Below, piece after piece: positions 50,196-63,628 of a stretch of 64,000 nt of DNA. The translations under genes were made by a program, and so were the position numbers. The stretch is taken from contig NC_042998.1 of the NCBI RefSeq assembly GCF_006345805.1, positions 187,798,001 to 187,862,000 on the forward strand, written 5' to 3'. Numbering within the stretch: position 1 is the stretch's first letter; the number at the start of each line of letters is the position of its first letter. The notes under the pieces were generated by a model. That model was not told where the DNA came from. It made no database searches and saw only the letters and a program-made list of their open reading frames with translations. This DNA is from Octopus sinensis (Eukaryota).

Positions 50196-50409
50196 GCGAT
50201 TTTTCGTAAGAATTTTCGCTAATCTACTGTGTTATACTACGTATATCTCTAAAGTTCAGTTTTTATTGTCTTGTTAACGTAGATGTTTCCACGTTTGCGA
50301 TAAAACGTTCGTGTGAATGCGTTTATATGCGTGCTTAAATAAATAAATAAACAGTAAATAAATAAATATATTAGCGTGTTAACAACTTCTGCTTCAAACA
50401 ACTGTTAAT

Positions 50410-50465
<56 letters not shown>

Positions 50466-51244
50466 TAACACTTGGATGTAGTTATTTCTTGAATATTTAC
50501 TAAATATAAACTAGAAAGAGAAAAATACAGATAATGCTGTCGGGAGTACGATAATGTGACTGATGTGCAAAAGAGAGGTTTCGTTGCCCGCTCATTTGCT
50601 TTGACACTGCCGTCATCTGATTTCGTGGGAATCACCAAAACTCACTCATTCTTTCTGTCTAACATATTACATATCCTGACTACAAACAATATTGTGAACA
50701 TGTTTTCCTATTACACATCCTATTTTTACGTCACTTCAACCCAATTCACTTTTCTAATGTAATTTGGGCGCGGTCCTTAACGATTTTATATCATCCCATA
50801 TGCATCCATCTCTCTTCTCTACCTTGTTTCCATCACATTTCTTTTTTCCCTATCCCTATACGTTTATATATTTTCTAGCTTTCACTTTTTTCCATCCCAT
50901 TTTCTTTCTCCATTTTTTTCCTCAGTCGAAACTTTACCTTTCGCTATTTACTGTCTTATTTCAAAATAAAATATTTTGAAATCAATATCTTTGACACTAA
51001 ATACTGACCTTTCCACAAATCTGACGTGGTTCATACTTAATTGTGACTGGTGATTCTCACAAATATACTTAATCCGTTTTTTTTTTCTCTGTTTGCAATT
51101 CTCTTTATTGTCATATATAAACATTATACATCATCTAAAAGTTTATAATGGGATGTCTGTAATACATCCATCCATACATTTATTTTTTTTATTTGGTTTG
51201 TGAGATTTTTGATGTGAAATCGTGTGTTAAAGCAGATTTTGTTT

Positions 51245-51730
51245 AATAATAATAATAATAATAATAATGATGATGAAATTATTGTATACAGTGCTCAGGT
51301 GTACCACAGCTTGTCAAAAGTGCGTATAAAGCATATGCAGTAATGTACAAATGTCTGGAAAGTGAACAGTGTATGAGTCTGATACATGCTTGCGTGTGCA
51401 TGGAGGGGAGAAAGATCAGGTGTAGTGTTGGCGAATCTGAGGAAGCATGGAAGATTTGAATGGTGCAGTGCTCCGACAACCGATGCCGGCAGTTTGTTCC
51501 ATGCTTCAGCAACTCTTAGCTTGAAAAGATGTTTCCGAAAGTCATGGGAGCTGTGTTGTTTTCTGACTTTGTAAACATGTCCACGGGTGTTAGACAGGTA
51601 GAGTTTGAAAAGGTGCTCAGAGTTATTGTTTGTAAGATGGTTAATAATTTTATGGGTGTCTGCCAAGTCAGCTGCCAGACATCGGAGTTTCAATGTATCC
51701 ATATATCCATGGGAAGGTCATTATGCCAAT
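51245..51730 (-). mobile_element. CR1-group LINE 3' end with (ATT)n tail
   Basis: ORF 51295-51702: LKLRCLAADLADTHKII...TRGHVYKVRK...RKHLFKLRVAEAWNKLPASVV. Confidence 0.92.
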
Positions 51731-51772
51731 AATAAACGGACACGATTGTTTAACACGTGTGTTTATTATTGA

Positions 51773-52128
51773 CTAGCAGTATCGCCCGGCGTTGCTCAGG
51801 TTTGTAAGGGAAATAACTATAAAGCATTTTTAGAGAGTTATAGCCAAAAAATGGAAAAAAAATGATGGTAAATTTTTTTGAGAGTTAAAAAAGGTGGAGT
51901 TGCGTCCCCTAGACAGTCTGTGGTTTGGGTTTCTGATTCTCGACCCCATGTCGAATTTATCGATTTTTTTCAGAACTGGGGGAACTTTTCAAAATTTTCG
52001 CTGCGTTAGTTTTGAATTATGACATTGGGCTATGTGTATGTCAAGTTTCATCAGAATCGGTTGAAAGCCGTGGCCAGAGTGAGGGTACAGAAAACGCACA
52101 GACAAACTGCCGTTTATATAGAGAGAGA
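51773..52128 (-). mobile_element. Non-autonomous Helitron, chimeric variant
   Basis: Same CTAG end and hairpin as 17431 and 58518, but a different 5' part starting A|TCTCTCTCTATATAAAC. Confidence 0.82.
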
Positions 52129-52892
52129 TATTGAATTGGCCAAAAAGTCCGTTCGGTTTTTGTCGACACTAATCTTGAAGCATTCTCTTAAAAGTAGCTA
52201 GCTTCAGTCTATCCCCCGCACATGTAATGCAAACTTGCAACAAAGACGGGTTGTATTTTGGGTGCTTGAGATTACTCTAAAAATGAAGAACCAAAACAAA
52301 CATAAATCGATAGCTGAAAACTAGAGGAACATGACCTACCATCCAATAGAACATTCAATATATATGTGTGCACTTTCATTATTAGTATGTCATGAATGTA
52401 TAATTTCAAATTTTCCACCGGAAACTTGTGAATTTTTATTACCTTGTATCTTATCGTGTGAATTATTAATTCAATAAGTCTTATATTATGTTGATGTTTT
52501 ATATTTTGCCTGTGTATTTATATATATGAGCATTTTTGAATATTTTTAAATACCTACGAGTTTTATCTTATATCATATCGACGTTTTATATCTATTTTTT
52601 AAAATATCTATTTGTATATCTATTTATGTATTTATATATTTAGAATGCCAACGTATTTTTTAAATATTAAAAAAATATTTTTAAATATCTGCATATTTTT
52701 AAATATTAAATATTTATCTGTTCATATACTTGTATGTTTTGATACTGTATTATCAGGAACTTTATATTGATTTACTAATGTCCAATGAAAGTGCACACGT
52801 ATATATTGAATATTGTATTGGATAGTAGGTCATGTTCCTCTAGTTTTCTGCTGGTATTGCCTCCATTGAAATCATACATATATATATATATT

Positions 52893-53260
52893 ACTCTTTT
52901 ACTCTTTTACTTGTTTCAGTCATTTGACTGCGGCCATGCTGGAGCACCACCTTTAATCGAGCAACTCGACCCCGGGACTTATTCTTTTGTAAGCCCAGTA
53001 CTTATTCTATCGGTCTCTTTTGCCGAACCGCTAAGTAACGGGGATATAAACACACCAGCATCGGTTGTCAAGCAATGCTAGGGGGACAAACACAGACACA
53101 CAAACACACACACGCATATATATACATATATACGACGGGCTTCTTTCAGTTTCCGTCCACGAAATCCACTCAAGGCTTTGGTCGGCCCGAGGCTATAGTA
53201 GAAGACACTTGCCCAAGGTGCCACGCAGTGGGACTGAACCCAGAACCATGTGGTTGGTAA
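52893..53260 (-). mobile_element. SINE family A, lacking extreme 5' end
   Basis: Near-identical to 19655-20042. Confidence 0.95.
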
Positions 53261-53269
53261 TGATAGGGA

Positions 53270-53697
53270 TAGGCGTCACTCTGTAGTTGAAAAGTTTGCT
53301 TCCCAACCACAAAGCTACAAGTTCAGTCCCTTTGCATGGCACCTTGGGTAAGTGTCTTCTAGTATAGCTTCAAGGTTTTGTGAGTGGATTTGGTAGAAGG
53401 AGACAAAGAAACCTATTATATATGTGTAAGTGTCAGCATGAGCGCGTATGTGTGTTTGTTTCCTTGCCTTGTTGACATTGTATGGTTGTTGGAAGCTAGT
53501 TTCACTGTCATATAAGAGGTGTCACTCATTTTCAACATTCTGCAAAAATATGTCTGGTCATGGAGATGTATTATTTTGCTTGGAAGGTGTGGGTTGGCAA
53601 CAGGAGGAGCATCTGGCTGTAGAAAATATGCCTCAATGAAATACTTTGATTGACTCCTACAATCATGGAAAAGAGATGCTAAAATGATGATGATCAT
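53270..53697 (+). mobile_element. Old SINE family A head with RTE-type tail
   Basis: GGCACCTTGGGTAAGTGTCTTCT...TTGTGAGTGGATTTGGTAGA, then CAGGAGGAGCATCTGGCTGTAGAAAAT...(GAT)n. Confidence 0.7.
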
Positions 53698-54339
53698 TGT
53701 TTAATGTCCATCTTCCATGTTGAGCTATAGAGATATGTTTGTATCATTGTTTTTGTTCCCACTAACGCTTGACAACTGACGTTGGTTTGTTTACATCCCT
53801 GTGACTTAGTAGTTCAGCAAAAGAGACTGAGAGAATAAGTAGTAGGCTTAAAAAATAAGTTCTGAGGTCAATTTGTTTGACTAAACCCAAGAAGGTGGTG
53901 CCTCAGTATAGCCACAGTCCAATCACTGAAACAAGTAAAAGATAAAAAAATATCTGTTGTTTCTCTGTTTGTTTCCAAAGAATTTACCAACATTTGTGAG
54001 AGAAAAAAAAAAACTAGTGAATATTCCATCAATACCAGTTATGAAGAAAGAACCAGAAAAGTGTTCAGTCCACGTGGAAATGTCTTCATCAACTCTGTTG
54101 GATTTGGTCTGATAAGAGATTCTGAAGAGAAATGGGAACATAAAATGGAATCTCTTTCTGTGACAGAAACAATCCAGATTCTGAGTCACCTGCTGGTTTG
54201 ACAATTACTGGATTCTGTTTATTGTTTGGATGATTTGAAAAATAACTCAAAGAAATGTGCAAGTTGGTGTTAAAAAATGTAGAAAGATCTGATATAGACA
54301 AGAATAATGATAATAATTATTCAAAGAGAGAAGGAAGAA

Positions 54340-54700
54340 CAACAGAACAAGCAAATGGAAAGAAATGGAATTACATGGCCAATTTATGCAACAAACCAGG
54401 AATGTTGGAAGTAAAGAATGCTGGCTCTGGATGATGCACCAAAGCCTGAAACAAGAGACTGAAACACTAATTATAGTTGCTCAGCAACAAGCCATTAGAA
54501 CAAATCTGATAAAAGCAGAACTCGGTCAGATGACAAAATGTAGAAACTACAGGAAAGGAGGTGACTGTATCAATCATTTCTTGAGTAAGTGCAGTATACT
54601 AGCACAAAAAGAGTAGAAGTGCAGGTACGACCGTGTAGGTAAAAGAGTGCATAGGGATGATAGCCAAGTGTGTGGCTTCGAAATAAAAGTGGTATGAATG
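54340..54700 (+). mobile_element. R4/Dong-like (RLE) LINE C-terminal fragment
   Basis: WKEMELHGQF...WLWM..SLKQETETLIIVAQQQAIRT...KCRNY...INHFLSKCSILAQKE*KCRYDRV, a decayed CCHC plus RHD motif. Confidence 0.8.
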
Positions 54701-55149
54701 GCTAAAACTCTTGCCAAGTCTTGACCAATTGGCCTGTTCTTGACTCAAATTCGAGTTAATCTTTTACCCCATATAGTAGGGAATTGTTATAAAGATCTGA
54801 GATGTGCAAGTAATTGTTGCCATTCTTCTGACATTTTGCTCACTGCTGAATATGGCAGCTACTGTCCTGTATTGTTTTCCTTTATATATGTGTAGCACTG
54901 AGCACCACACATCTTGGAAGCATTTTTCTGTTTCTGCCAGAATAGGAAACAAATTCCCTCTCCTTGTGAGAAATGCATTTATACACAATGGCTTTTTTAT
55001 TCACAGTTAGTATTTTTGTCCTCACTAAGGGACATAACACCTGGTTTTACAATATCAATTTTGTACTGGAGGGCTTCAGCTTTCAGATCTTGTACTAAAT
55101 GCACAGTTCCTGGCTAACTGAAAAAAAGATGGAGTTGTTGTTTTGGTTT

Positions 55150-55320
55150 TTAATGTTTTTGTTGTTGCTTTCCACACAGCTTTTGTTGTTATTACTTGTT
55201 GTTTTCCATCTTGTTGTTCACATTGTTGTTGTTACTGTTGCTGTTTCTGCTGTTGCTATACACATTACTATTACTGTTGTTGTTGCTGTTACTGGTGTTG
55301 CTGTTGCCATTGCAACAAGA
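55150..55320 (+). repeat. Degenerate (GTT/GCT)n microsatellite
   Basis: Direct reading. Confidence 0.85.
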
Positions 55321-55705
55321 CCAAATTCCATTGCTTTGAGTTGATAAATTTAACTCCAGCTTCCCTGCCATTAACATCATGTTCATGGCTACATTGGGGG
55401 TCAAAACTGGGTTGACAGAATGCTGTCCACATCTGATCATTATTATTTTTCATATTCTGACATTTTTTTTAAATTGGAAAAATATATGAAATCTTTGTTT
55501 TCATAAGAATGCAAAGTAGATATACCACTAAGTTACACTTCTGAAAAGGGGTTGTAACAGAAATGTTACCACCATGATTCAGACAATGTCAGCAAAATAA
55601 TTATTTCAAAATAATTGAATGAATGGACTTTAATCAGCTGAAACAATTGACTAAACTCTTAAAACTTTCCATGACTTCCCAGTATGGCAGCAATAACGAT
55701 AATAA

Positions 55706-55920
55706 TCCTTTCTACTATAAGCACAAAGCCTGAAATTTTTTGTAGGAGGAGGGGTTAAGTTGATTACATCGACCCCAGTTCTTGACTGATTCTTTTTTCA
55801 TCGACCTCAAAAGGATGAAAGGCAAAGTTGACCTCGGCAGAATTTGAACTCAGAATGTAAAGACGGATGAAATACCACTAAGCATCTTGTCCAGTATGTT
55901 AACAATTCTACCAGCTCACC
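55706..55920 (-). mobile_element. SINE family B, alternative tail, CpG-decayed (similar copies 57040-57224, 57975-58146)
   Basis: AGGATGAAAGGCAAAGTTGACCTCGGCAGAATTTGAACTCAGAA. Confidence 0.85.
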
Positions 55921-56176
55921 AATAATAACAGCAACAACATCAGTAATAACAATAGCATTTTTAGATGTCTATAACATTTTTTTCTTCCTAAGACAGTATG
56001 ATTTTTAACCTTTGTGTCACTATAAACCGTAGAGAATCTGTTTAAATAATATCAAAGTGTGCATGATTCAAGGTAAGTAACAGAAAAAAAAAAAAATGCT
56101 TGTTAAATAACCAATAAACCAATGAATGTCTTCAGCTGAGTCTTCTGTAGCTTGTTCTTAGGTCAATTATTCAGTT

Positions 56177-56375
56177 TTGGTGTATTTTCAATCCTACAGT
56201 CTTGGAGTCTTTGTATCAATGCATATATTGGTGTATTTTGAATCCTACAGTCTTGGAGTCTTTGTATCAATGCATATATTGGTGTATTTTGAATCCTACA
56301 GTATTGGAGTCTTTGTATCAATGCATATTTTGGTGTATTTTGAATCCTACATTCTTGGAGTCTTGTATCAATGCA
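56177..56375. repeat. 51-bp minisatellite, about 4 units
   Basis: TTGGTGTATTTT.AATCCTACA at 56177, 56228, 56279 and 56330. Confidence 0.95.
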
Positions 56376-57375
56376 ATTTTGTACTGGAGGGCTTCAGCTT
56401 TCAGATCTCGCACTGAATGCACAGTTCCTGGCTTACTGCCCTCAATAAAGATAGAGTTGTTGTTCTGATACTTCCCTATCCCTGGTGATTAAAAGTTTAA
56501 TTATAAAAAATTAATTATAAAAATATTTCCTGAAGGTCCTATACTAGATTCCTGAGCCATTTTACCAATTTACATAACATCAATAGTGACTTGCAATTTT
56601 ACTTCAGAATTGAGTGTTTGACATAAAACTCACATGGCTGTAAAACAGCAGTTCAGCTATATTTCTAAATAATTGAATTTTTATATCTTTCCAATTCATA
56701 TTAAAAGAGTGAATATAAAATTGAATTACATTTGAATATATTACTGCTGAATATCATTGAAGAATTAATGAAGGCAATTTTTTTTTTTTTTTACTCTTGT
56801 CCATTCCTGAAAACTGTGACATATATGACGAGTAAATTAAAGTGAATTACTGCTGCTGCCACCACCACCACCATACCATATAAATTCGATAAAGTTATTA
56901 CTGCAATATTAAATTATTGACAATCTGTTCTATATTTTAAATATTTGAAAAATGCCAAAGATGATTTTTGAATTGATCCGTTTACATATTTCTACACTTT
57001 TTGTGGTTTAAGATGATGAACTCACTAAATATGGATTTCAAATTTTGGCACAAAGCCAGCAATTGCATTGAACCCAATGCTCAACTGGTCCTTATTTTAT
57101 TAACCCCCAAAGTATGAAAGGCAAAGTCAACCTCAGCAGAACTTGAACTCTGAACTTAAAGATGGATGAAATGCCGCTAAGCATTTTGCCCAGTATGCTA
57201 ATGATTCTGCCAGCTTGCTGCCTTCATCTCACTAAATGTTGAAGTTTCTGCTTTTGATTAACTGTTTTCAAAGAGGATGCTTGCTGTTGAAGGCTTTTGT
57301 TTGGAAACCAAATTGCCAATTTTTTTATAGTAAAAATGCTAACATAATTTTATCTAATATATACTGATTTGTTTA

Positions 57376-57767
57376 GGAGTGGCTGTGTGGTAAATAGCTT
57401 GCTTACCAACCACATGGTTTTGGGTTCAGTACCATTGTGGAGCACCTTGGGCAAGTGTCTTCTATTATAGCCTCAGGCTAACCAGAGCCTTGTGAATGGA
57501 TTTGGTAGATGGAAACTGAAAGAAGCCCGTTGTATATATATATATATATATAGACACACAAACATATATATATATGTTTGTGTGTCTATGTTTGTCCCTT
57601 TTCACCATCACTTGACAACTGATGTTGGTGTGTTTACGTTCCTGTAACTTAGCAGTTCAGCAAAAGAGACCAATAGAATAAGTACTAAGCTTACAAAATT
57701 TGTTTGACTAATGGTGGTGCTCCAGCATGGCTGCAGTCAAATGACTGAAACAAATAAAAGAATAAAA
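57376..57767 (+). mobile_element. SINE family A, CpG-decayed
   Basis: GGAGTGGCTGTGTGGTAAATAGCTTGC...CCAGCATGGCTGCAGTCAAATGACTGAAAC. Confidence 0.92.
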
Positions 57768-58517
57768 CAATAATGTCCTATTCCATGATAGAAAGATCAA
57801 CCAAAAAAGTACTCTATCTGGTGAGAGATAAATATTATTTATATATATATATATATATATATTGAACTCTAGGACTCACAAAGCTTCTTACCTGGTTTTC
57901 ATGATATATAAGTGACTTGAGATTTCATGGTATATAAGCGACCATAAAAGCGATGCCAGTCCATTGCAGAGTTCAAGGCCTGCAATTTAGAGGGGAGAGT
58001 ACAAATTAATTACATTGACCCTAGTACTTGACTGGTATTTTATTTTATCAACCCTGAAGGGATGAAAGGCAAAGTTGAACATGGAACAAAAAGAGCAAGA
58101 AGAAATACTGTTAAGCATTTTGTCTGGTGTGCTGACAATTCTGCCTTATACTAACTTATAACATTATTAAATATTAAAGATGGGTTGATAGTCAACTGCT
58201 TGAATCAGTTTCTAATTGATTTTTGTAGTCATATTTTATGAGTGGTCACTGTGAAAAAAATTGCTTCAAAAGCACATTTAAATTTGAGCTAGTGAAAAAA
58301 TTAATTTATGAAAGTAGAAAATAAATACATCATTTTTTTTCTATAATTAGTAAATAAAATTGCAGTGACTGAAATAGTAATTATTTAATCCATTTAAAGA
58401 TGTTTTCTTCAAAGAAGTGTAAAGCAGATGCGTCACTCTTAGGACAAAGTGCATCAGTAGTGCATTGTGTCATCGGTCAGTTCCAAATCTCATTTCTGCT
58501 TTGCATTTATACATCAA

Positions 58518-58907
58518 CTAGCAGTATCGCCTGGTGTTGCTCGGGTTTGTAAGGGAAATAACTATATAAGCATTTTTAGACTTATAGCCAAAAAATAGCA
58601 AAAAAATGCATTAAAAATGGAAAAAAAATGATGGTAAATTTTTTTAAAATCGTTGACTCATCGTAGACATTTTTAGAGTTACTTCCCTTATATGATAGCG
58701 AAAAAATGCATTAAAATGGAAAAAAATGGTAAATTATTTTTTAAATCGTAGACTCATCGTAGACACGCGCTAATACCCAGAAGGGCTTGATATGAATCAC
58801 GACTATAAGATACCTGCTTTTGGTTACACTGCACCACAAAATGTGGGAGTAGTTAGGAATCTAAATCGTAGGAGACAGACACACAACTTGACTTTTATAT
58901 ATAAAGA
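58518..58907 (-). mobile_element. Non-autonomous Helitron (same family as 17431-17827)
   Basis: A|CTAGCAGTATCGCC...TTTTATATATAAAGA|T on the plus strand. Confidence 0.9.
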
Positions 58908-59768
58908 TTACCTCAGAAATTTTTGATAAGACTGAATCAGAATATTTTCCAAACATCTTCACATATGTGGTATACTGTACTGGAAATGTTGGGTCTATTA
59001 AAGATTTTTTTTTCACTACGTAACATAGGGAAATAAATTATAATTCTACTTATCCTTGCTTGCCTATATAGAAATAGAAATTGCCTTCAGCTTGAAAAAA
59101 TATAAAAAAATAAAATAAAAAACTGGCGTAAGCTTTATCACACATCAGTTCTTTGGTAAAGTTGGTTGGTAAAGTGGGTAGGAGGTTGTAAATCAGAGGT
59201 ATAGCTCTTATATCACTTGTGTAGTTCTTTAACCACTCAACTAACTCTTCTCAAACATATTACAATTGTGATTATTCTCTTTTATCTTAGTCAAGTAGTA
59301 GTTTGTGTTACTTTTCTTTGTTGTCATTTTCAAATGTTAAGCACTTAAGATCACAAAATTCTTTCATGAAAGAATTAAGCTTATTTTTTTTAAGGTTTCT
59401 ATGTATTTGGAAACGATTTGGAATATGAAAGATAATAGAAACTATTTTGTTAAGTAATCTACAATGGATAAATACCTACTTCCTCATCGTGGCACTCCTG
59501 AAGGACTTTGACTTGTACTCATTCAAAGTCAGAGAGTGATTTTTGTTGAATTTTCTTGGCTCCTGGCAAGATTGAGGAAAATTTACAGAAAATACCTTAT
59601 TTATTGACTCCTCTATTTATAGCAATAAACATTATCATTTCATGGTACTTCAGCTAGGTAAATTACCATGGAATGATCACGTTTATCACTGTAAGCTATT
59701 TTTCCCCCCACCAGAAACATGACATAGTATTAGTGATCGTATATAATTTTTGATCATTTAACCATTAA

Positions 59769-59988
59769 CCCTTTCGTTACCAACCCGGCTGAAACCGGCT
59801 GTAGCTCTTTAGTACAAATGTCTTGTTTTCATAAGTTTTGAATTAAAATCTTCCACCAAACCTTAGTCACAATTTATGTTCCTGACACTAGCTTAATGAT
59901 AACTAAGTTATTTTACTAAATTCTTTGTTATATCTAAAATTAATTGAAAGAAAAACAGCATCTCAAAAGAAATATGGTAACAAAAGGG
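59769..59988. mobile_element. piggyBac-type MITE
   Basis: TTAA TSD on both sides (59765-59768, 59989-59992); TIRs CCCTTTCGTTACCA / TGGTAACAAAAGGG. Confidence 0.9.
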
Positions 59989-61952
59989 TTAAGTTGGTAT
60001 CTTATTCATTCATTCAGCTGTGACTTCTATAATATCAAAGCACATAAGGGCAGTGATTTGATTGTTGGAATATATAAAGGGAAGAAGATGACAGCTTTAT
60101 TCTTTCATCTGTGTGTGAGTGAGTCCATGACAAATGTATGTCAACTTCAATGACTGAGTCTTTGTACACAGTTTTGGTATGATTTATTGCTATGAAGTTG
60201 TTGGCTGTAGTGTTGAATTCAATTCTTTATCTTTAAAAGTCAACTGTGACACAAACAACGATTTATTTTATTTGCTTAATGCTATGGAAACAAGGAATAA
60301 GACCAGCTTTATGGATCCTTGTGATTAGGAAAAAAAAAAAAAAAAAGAAAGGTAAAAGAATGAGAGCTCACCATTTGGTTGGCATGTTATTGAATGACCA
60401 AAATTTGTGATTATTAAATGTTGGGTATGTTTGTTAAGTTTATGTTGAGCTAATTTTAACTGTGTATACATGTTAGGTGTACACAATGTAAAACTTGTCA
60501 GGTGTCTGACAATCAACACAGATATGAGTGAAAAGTGGAAAATATTCTATATATGAACGCTGGATACAAATCAAAACCTTCCTTAGCTTCTCCTGTTGAT
60601 GATTCATAAATAGCAATAAATGCATTTAAAATATTAATTTAATTTATATAAAAATCTATTGCTGATTTCAGTAATTTTCCTTGAAGCAACATGTATAACA
60701 TCTTTCTACTTTTAGGGGATATATAGGGTTTGATTTTATTTCTTTTAGCAGCAAACAAACCATCAAACAATGCAAATTCAGCAAAGAAAAGGGAACTTTA
60801 ATCAGATGTATTTTGGGGTTTCATATCATATATGTCGCTTTGATATTCTATCTTTAGAAAACTAGTAACATGACATTATTTAAAACAAAGAATTTCTCTT
60901 GACAGCAAATTTATGTTGTCTGTTCTTTATCTGACTGTAGTCTTTGTATAAACCAATATCATCCAATAAGTATCTATATTTAAGGACAGCTGCATATTTT
61001 GTTTTACTGTTTTTTGCCTTCATAAATTTCTTTGTGTAATTGGTTTTTAGTTTTCATTTGTTATCAGTTAATACTAAAATTAGAGACAAGGCAATCTACT
61101 TATTTAACTCAAGCCATTATAGGGAAAACAGTAGTTCAAACATCAACGTTACTATGTTGTATATTTGTGGAAGAGTAATTCATCATCTTTTGTTGAAAGA
61201 TTTGGTATGACACATTTCTGGAATTTTTGAATGTTTATAATCCTTTGCTGCATTTAAAGAAACGTTTGGTGTAATTTATGGAACCTTTGTTACGTCAAGT
61301 GTTTTATACTAATCTTTGGTTAATTTTTATAAATACCCTGCTGTTGTAGGAAATGTATTCTCATTTTTAATTTATTGCTAATTTGAACAATGGTTGTGTG
61401 GGTAAAGCTGACAATTTGCAATTCCTCTTGATTGCTTGTACACACACCAAAGAACATTAGCAAAAGATGGATTTTTTTTTAAACCTGTTTTGTTTTTGCT
61501 GTTAGACATTGTCAATGATTAAAGGTGTTCAGACATGACAATTTCTCTTATGGTCCTGTCTCTTTGTCATGTATCATTTCAGGAAGAATGATAAAGCCTT
61601 TTAACTATGACTAACTCACTAAATTTAACCCTGACTAACATAACAAATAAGTAACATTAACCTAACTAACATAGCAAATAAGTAACATTAACCTGAGAAG
61701 AAAAGAAACATTGACCTAAAATGGAAAGAATGATTTGAGAGGGAGTGAGCTATGCAGTCAGATAAGTTGACCTATTAATTTTTACTTTTGTACTGGTTGT
61801 AGCTGTAAAGGTGAAAATTGCAACCAATAAAAAGTTACTTTCATTTGATGCTTAAACCGTCAAGTGCTCTTGTGTCTGGATTTTTCTTAGCTTCTGCTTT
61901 GGGAGGAAAATAACCTTCCAGTAAAGAGACCATCCACTGCTTTTGTAGTGTG

Positions 61953-62230
61953 TCATCATCATCGTCATCATTTAACGTCTGCTTTCCATGCTAGCATGGG
62001 TTGGACGATTTTGACTGAGGGCTGGTGGACCAGATGACTGCACCAGGCTCTAATCTTGATCTGGCAGAGTTTCTACAGCTGGATGCCCTTCCTAATTCCA
62101 ACCACTCCGAGAGTGTAGTGGGTGCTTTTTACTTGCCACTGGCATGGGGGGCCAGTCAGGTGGTACTGGCAATGACCTCCCTCGAATCTTTTTACATATG
62201 CCACCGGCACAGGTGCCAGTAAGGCGACGT
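61953..62230 (-). mobile_element. RTE LINE 3' end fragment
   Basis: (CAT)n TTTAACGTCTGCTTTCCATGCTAGCATGGG...CTGGATGCCCTTCCTAA. Confidence 0.9.
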
Positions 62231-62991
62231 TGTGAAACAAGTGTCTTCTTTATAAATCTAATGCTTACATTTATTTTACTCATTTCTTTTCCCTAACCAA
62301 TTAACACAACACCCAATTAAAGTAGAGGTATATATGAGAGGCCATGGATACTGATTCTTTTGCTCAATAAAACTATCTTAAAACGGTATGGCAATACTTA
62401 TGTTTTGTTTATGTTCCTACATGTCATTGTAATGTGTACATGTCTATGCATAGATTGCATGCGGTTGTGTGAAAATGTGTGTGTATATAAAATGATAGTG
62501 TTGTTAGCAGGTTTTAATCTCATAAGAAAATGTACATTTAGGCCCCTAGTTTTCATTCCAGCTGTCAATGTTAGATTTAAATTTACCATAAAGGTCTTGT
62601 TATTTAAGCTTTTGTTTTGTCTATTGTTTTTAATCACATTCTTTTCAAACCCTAAAATAGTTAAACTAGTTCAGAAAATTGAGATTTTCTGATAGCCAAT
62701 GAAATTTCAGTTAGCTGGTAACTAGAATTAGGTGTTATTTGTTATTTAATATATTTTTAGTGATGAGAATTTTCAAACCTTAATCATGGTATTCTTTATT
62801 ATTACTTCAAGTGTACAAACATTAGTGATATTGTAATATATTTTGTTTCAACTAATGTTTCACAAAGTAGAAATTTGTTAATCTTTTGTTTTATATTTTG
62901 AACTGTAGCATCGCTCTAGACTTTGAGTGGCAACTTAAATTCTTATATTAATACTTTATTATTACTTTTTGTTTGTAAATAAACCTTTCTT

Positions 62992-63396
62992 ACTCTTTAC
63001 TCTTTTACTTGTTTCAGTCATTTGACTGCGGCCATGCTGGAGCACTGCCTTTAATTGAGCAACTCGACCCCGGGACTTATTCTTTTGTTAGCCCAGTACT
63101 TATTCTATCGGTCTCTTTTTGCCAAACCGCTAAGTAACGGGGACATAAACACTCCAGCATCGGTTGTCAAGCAATGCTAGAGGGCCAAACACAGACACAC
63201 AAACACACACACGCATATATATATATATACATATATACGACAGGCTTCTTTTCAGTTTCCGTCTACTAAATCCACTCACAAGGCTTTGGTCGGCCCGAGG
63301 CTATAGTAGAAGACACTTGCCCAAGGTGTCACGCAGTGGGACTGAACCCGGAACCATGTGGTTGGTAAACAAGCTACTTACCACACAGCCACACCT
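62992..63396 (-). mobile_element. SINE family A, near full length
   Basis: Near-identical to 19655-20042. Confidence 0.95.
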
Positions 63397-63628
63397 CATA
63401 AATTTTGAATTTTGTATTTAGCATCTTTAGTTCATGTTGTGATTGCTGTAGCTGGTTGAAATAGGTTAATGCAGTAATTTGATTTCAACTATTTCATTGT
63501 ATTTTGTTTTGTATTTCATAATGAAGGTTTCATGTTTGTGTTGTTTTTGCTCAAAACACAATAATGCCTCATGTTTAACCTGAAAGTTGTAGCAATGCTT
63601 TAATCATTGGGTTGTCTTACATTTCGTA

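Noticed and set aside
53980-54201. ~73-codon open frame after an AG
   Set aside because: No recognisable homology, includes a poly-A run and lies between TE fragments.
56177-56375. CRISPR-like array
   Set aside because: Units are contiguous with no unique spacers, there are no cas genes, and the context is eukaryotic.
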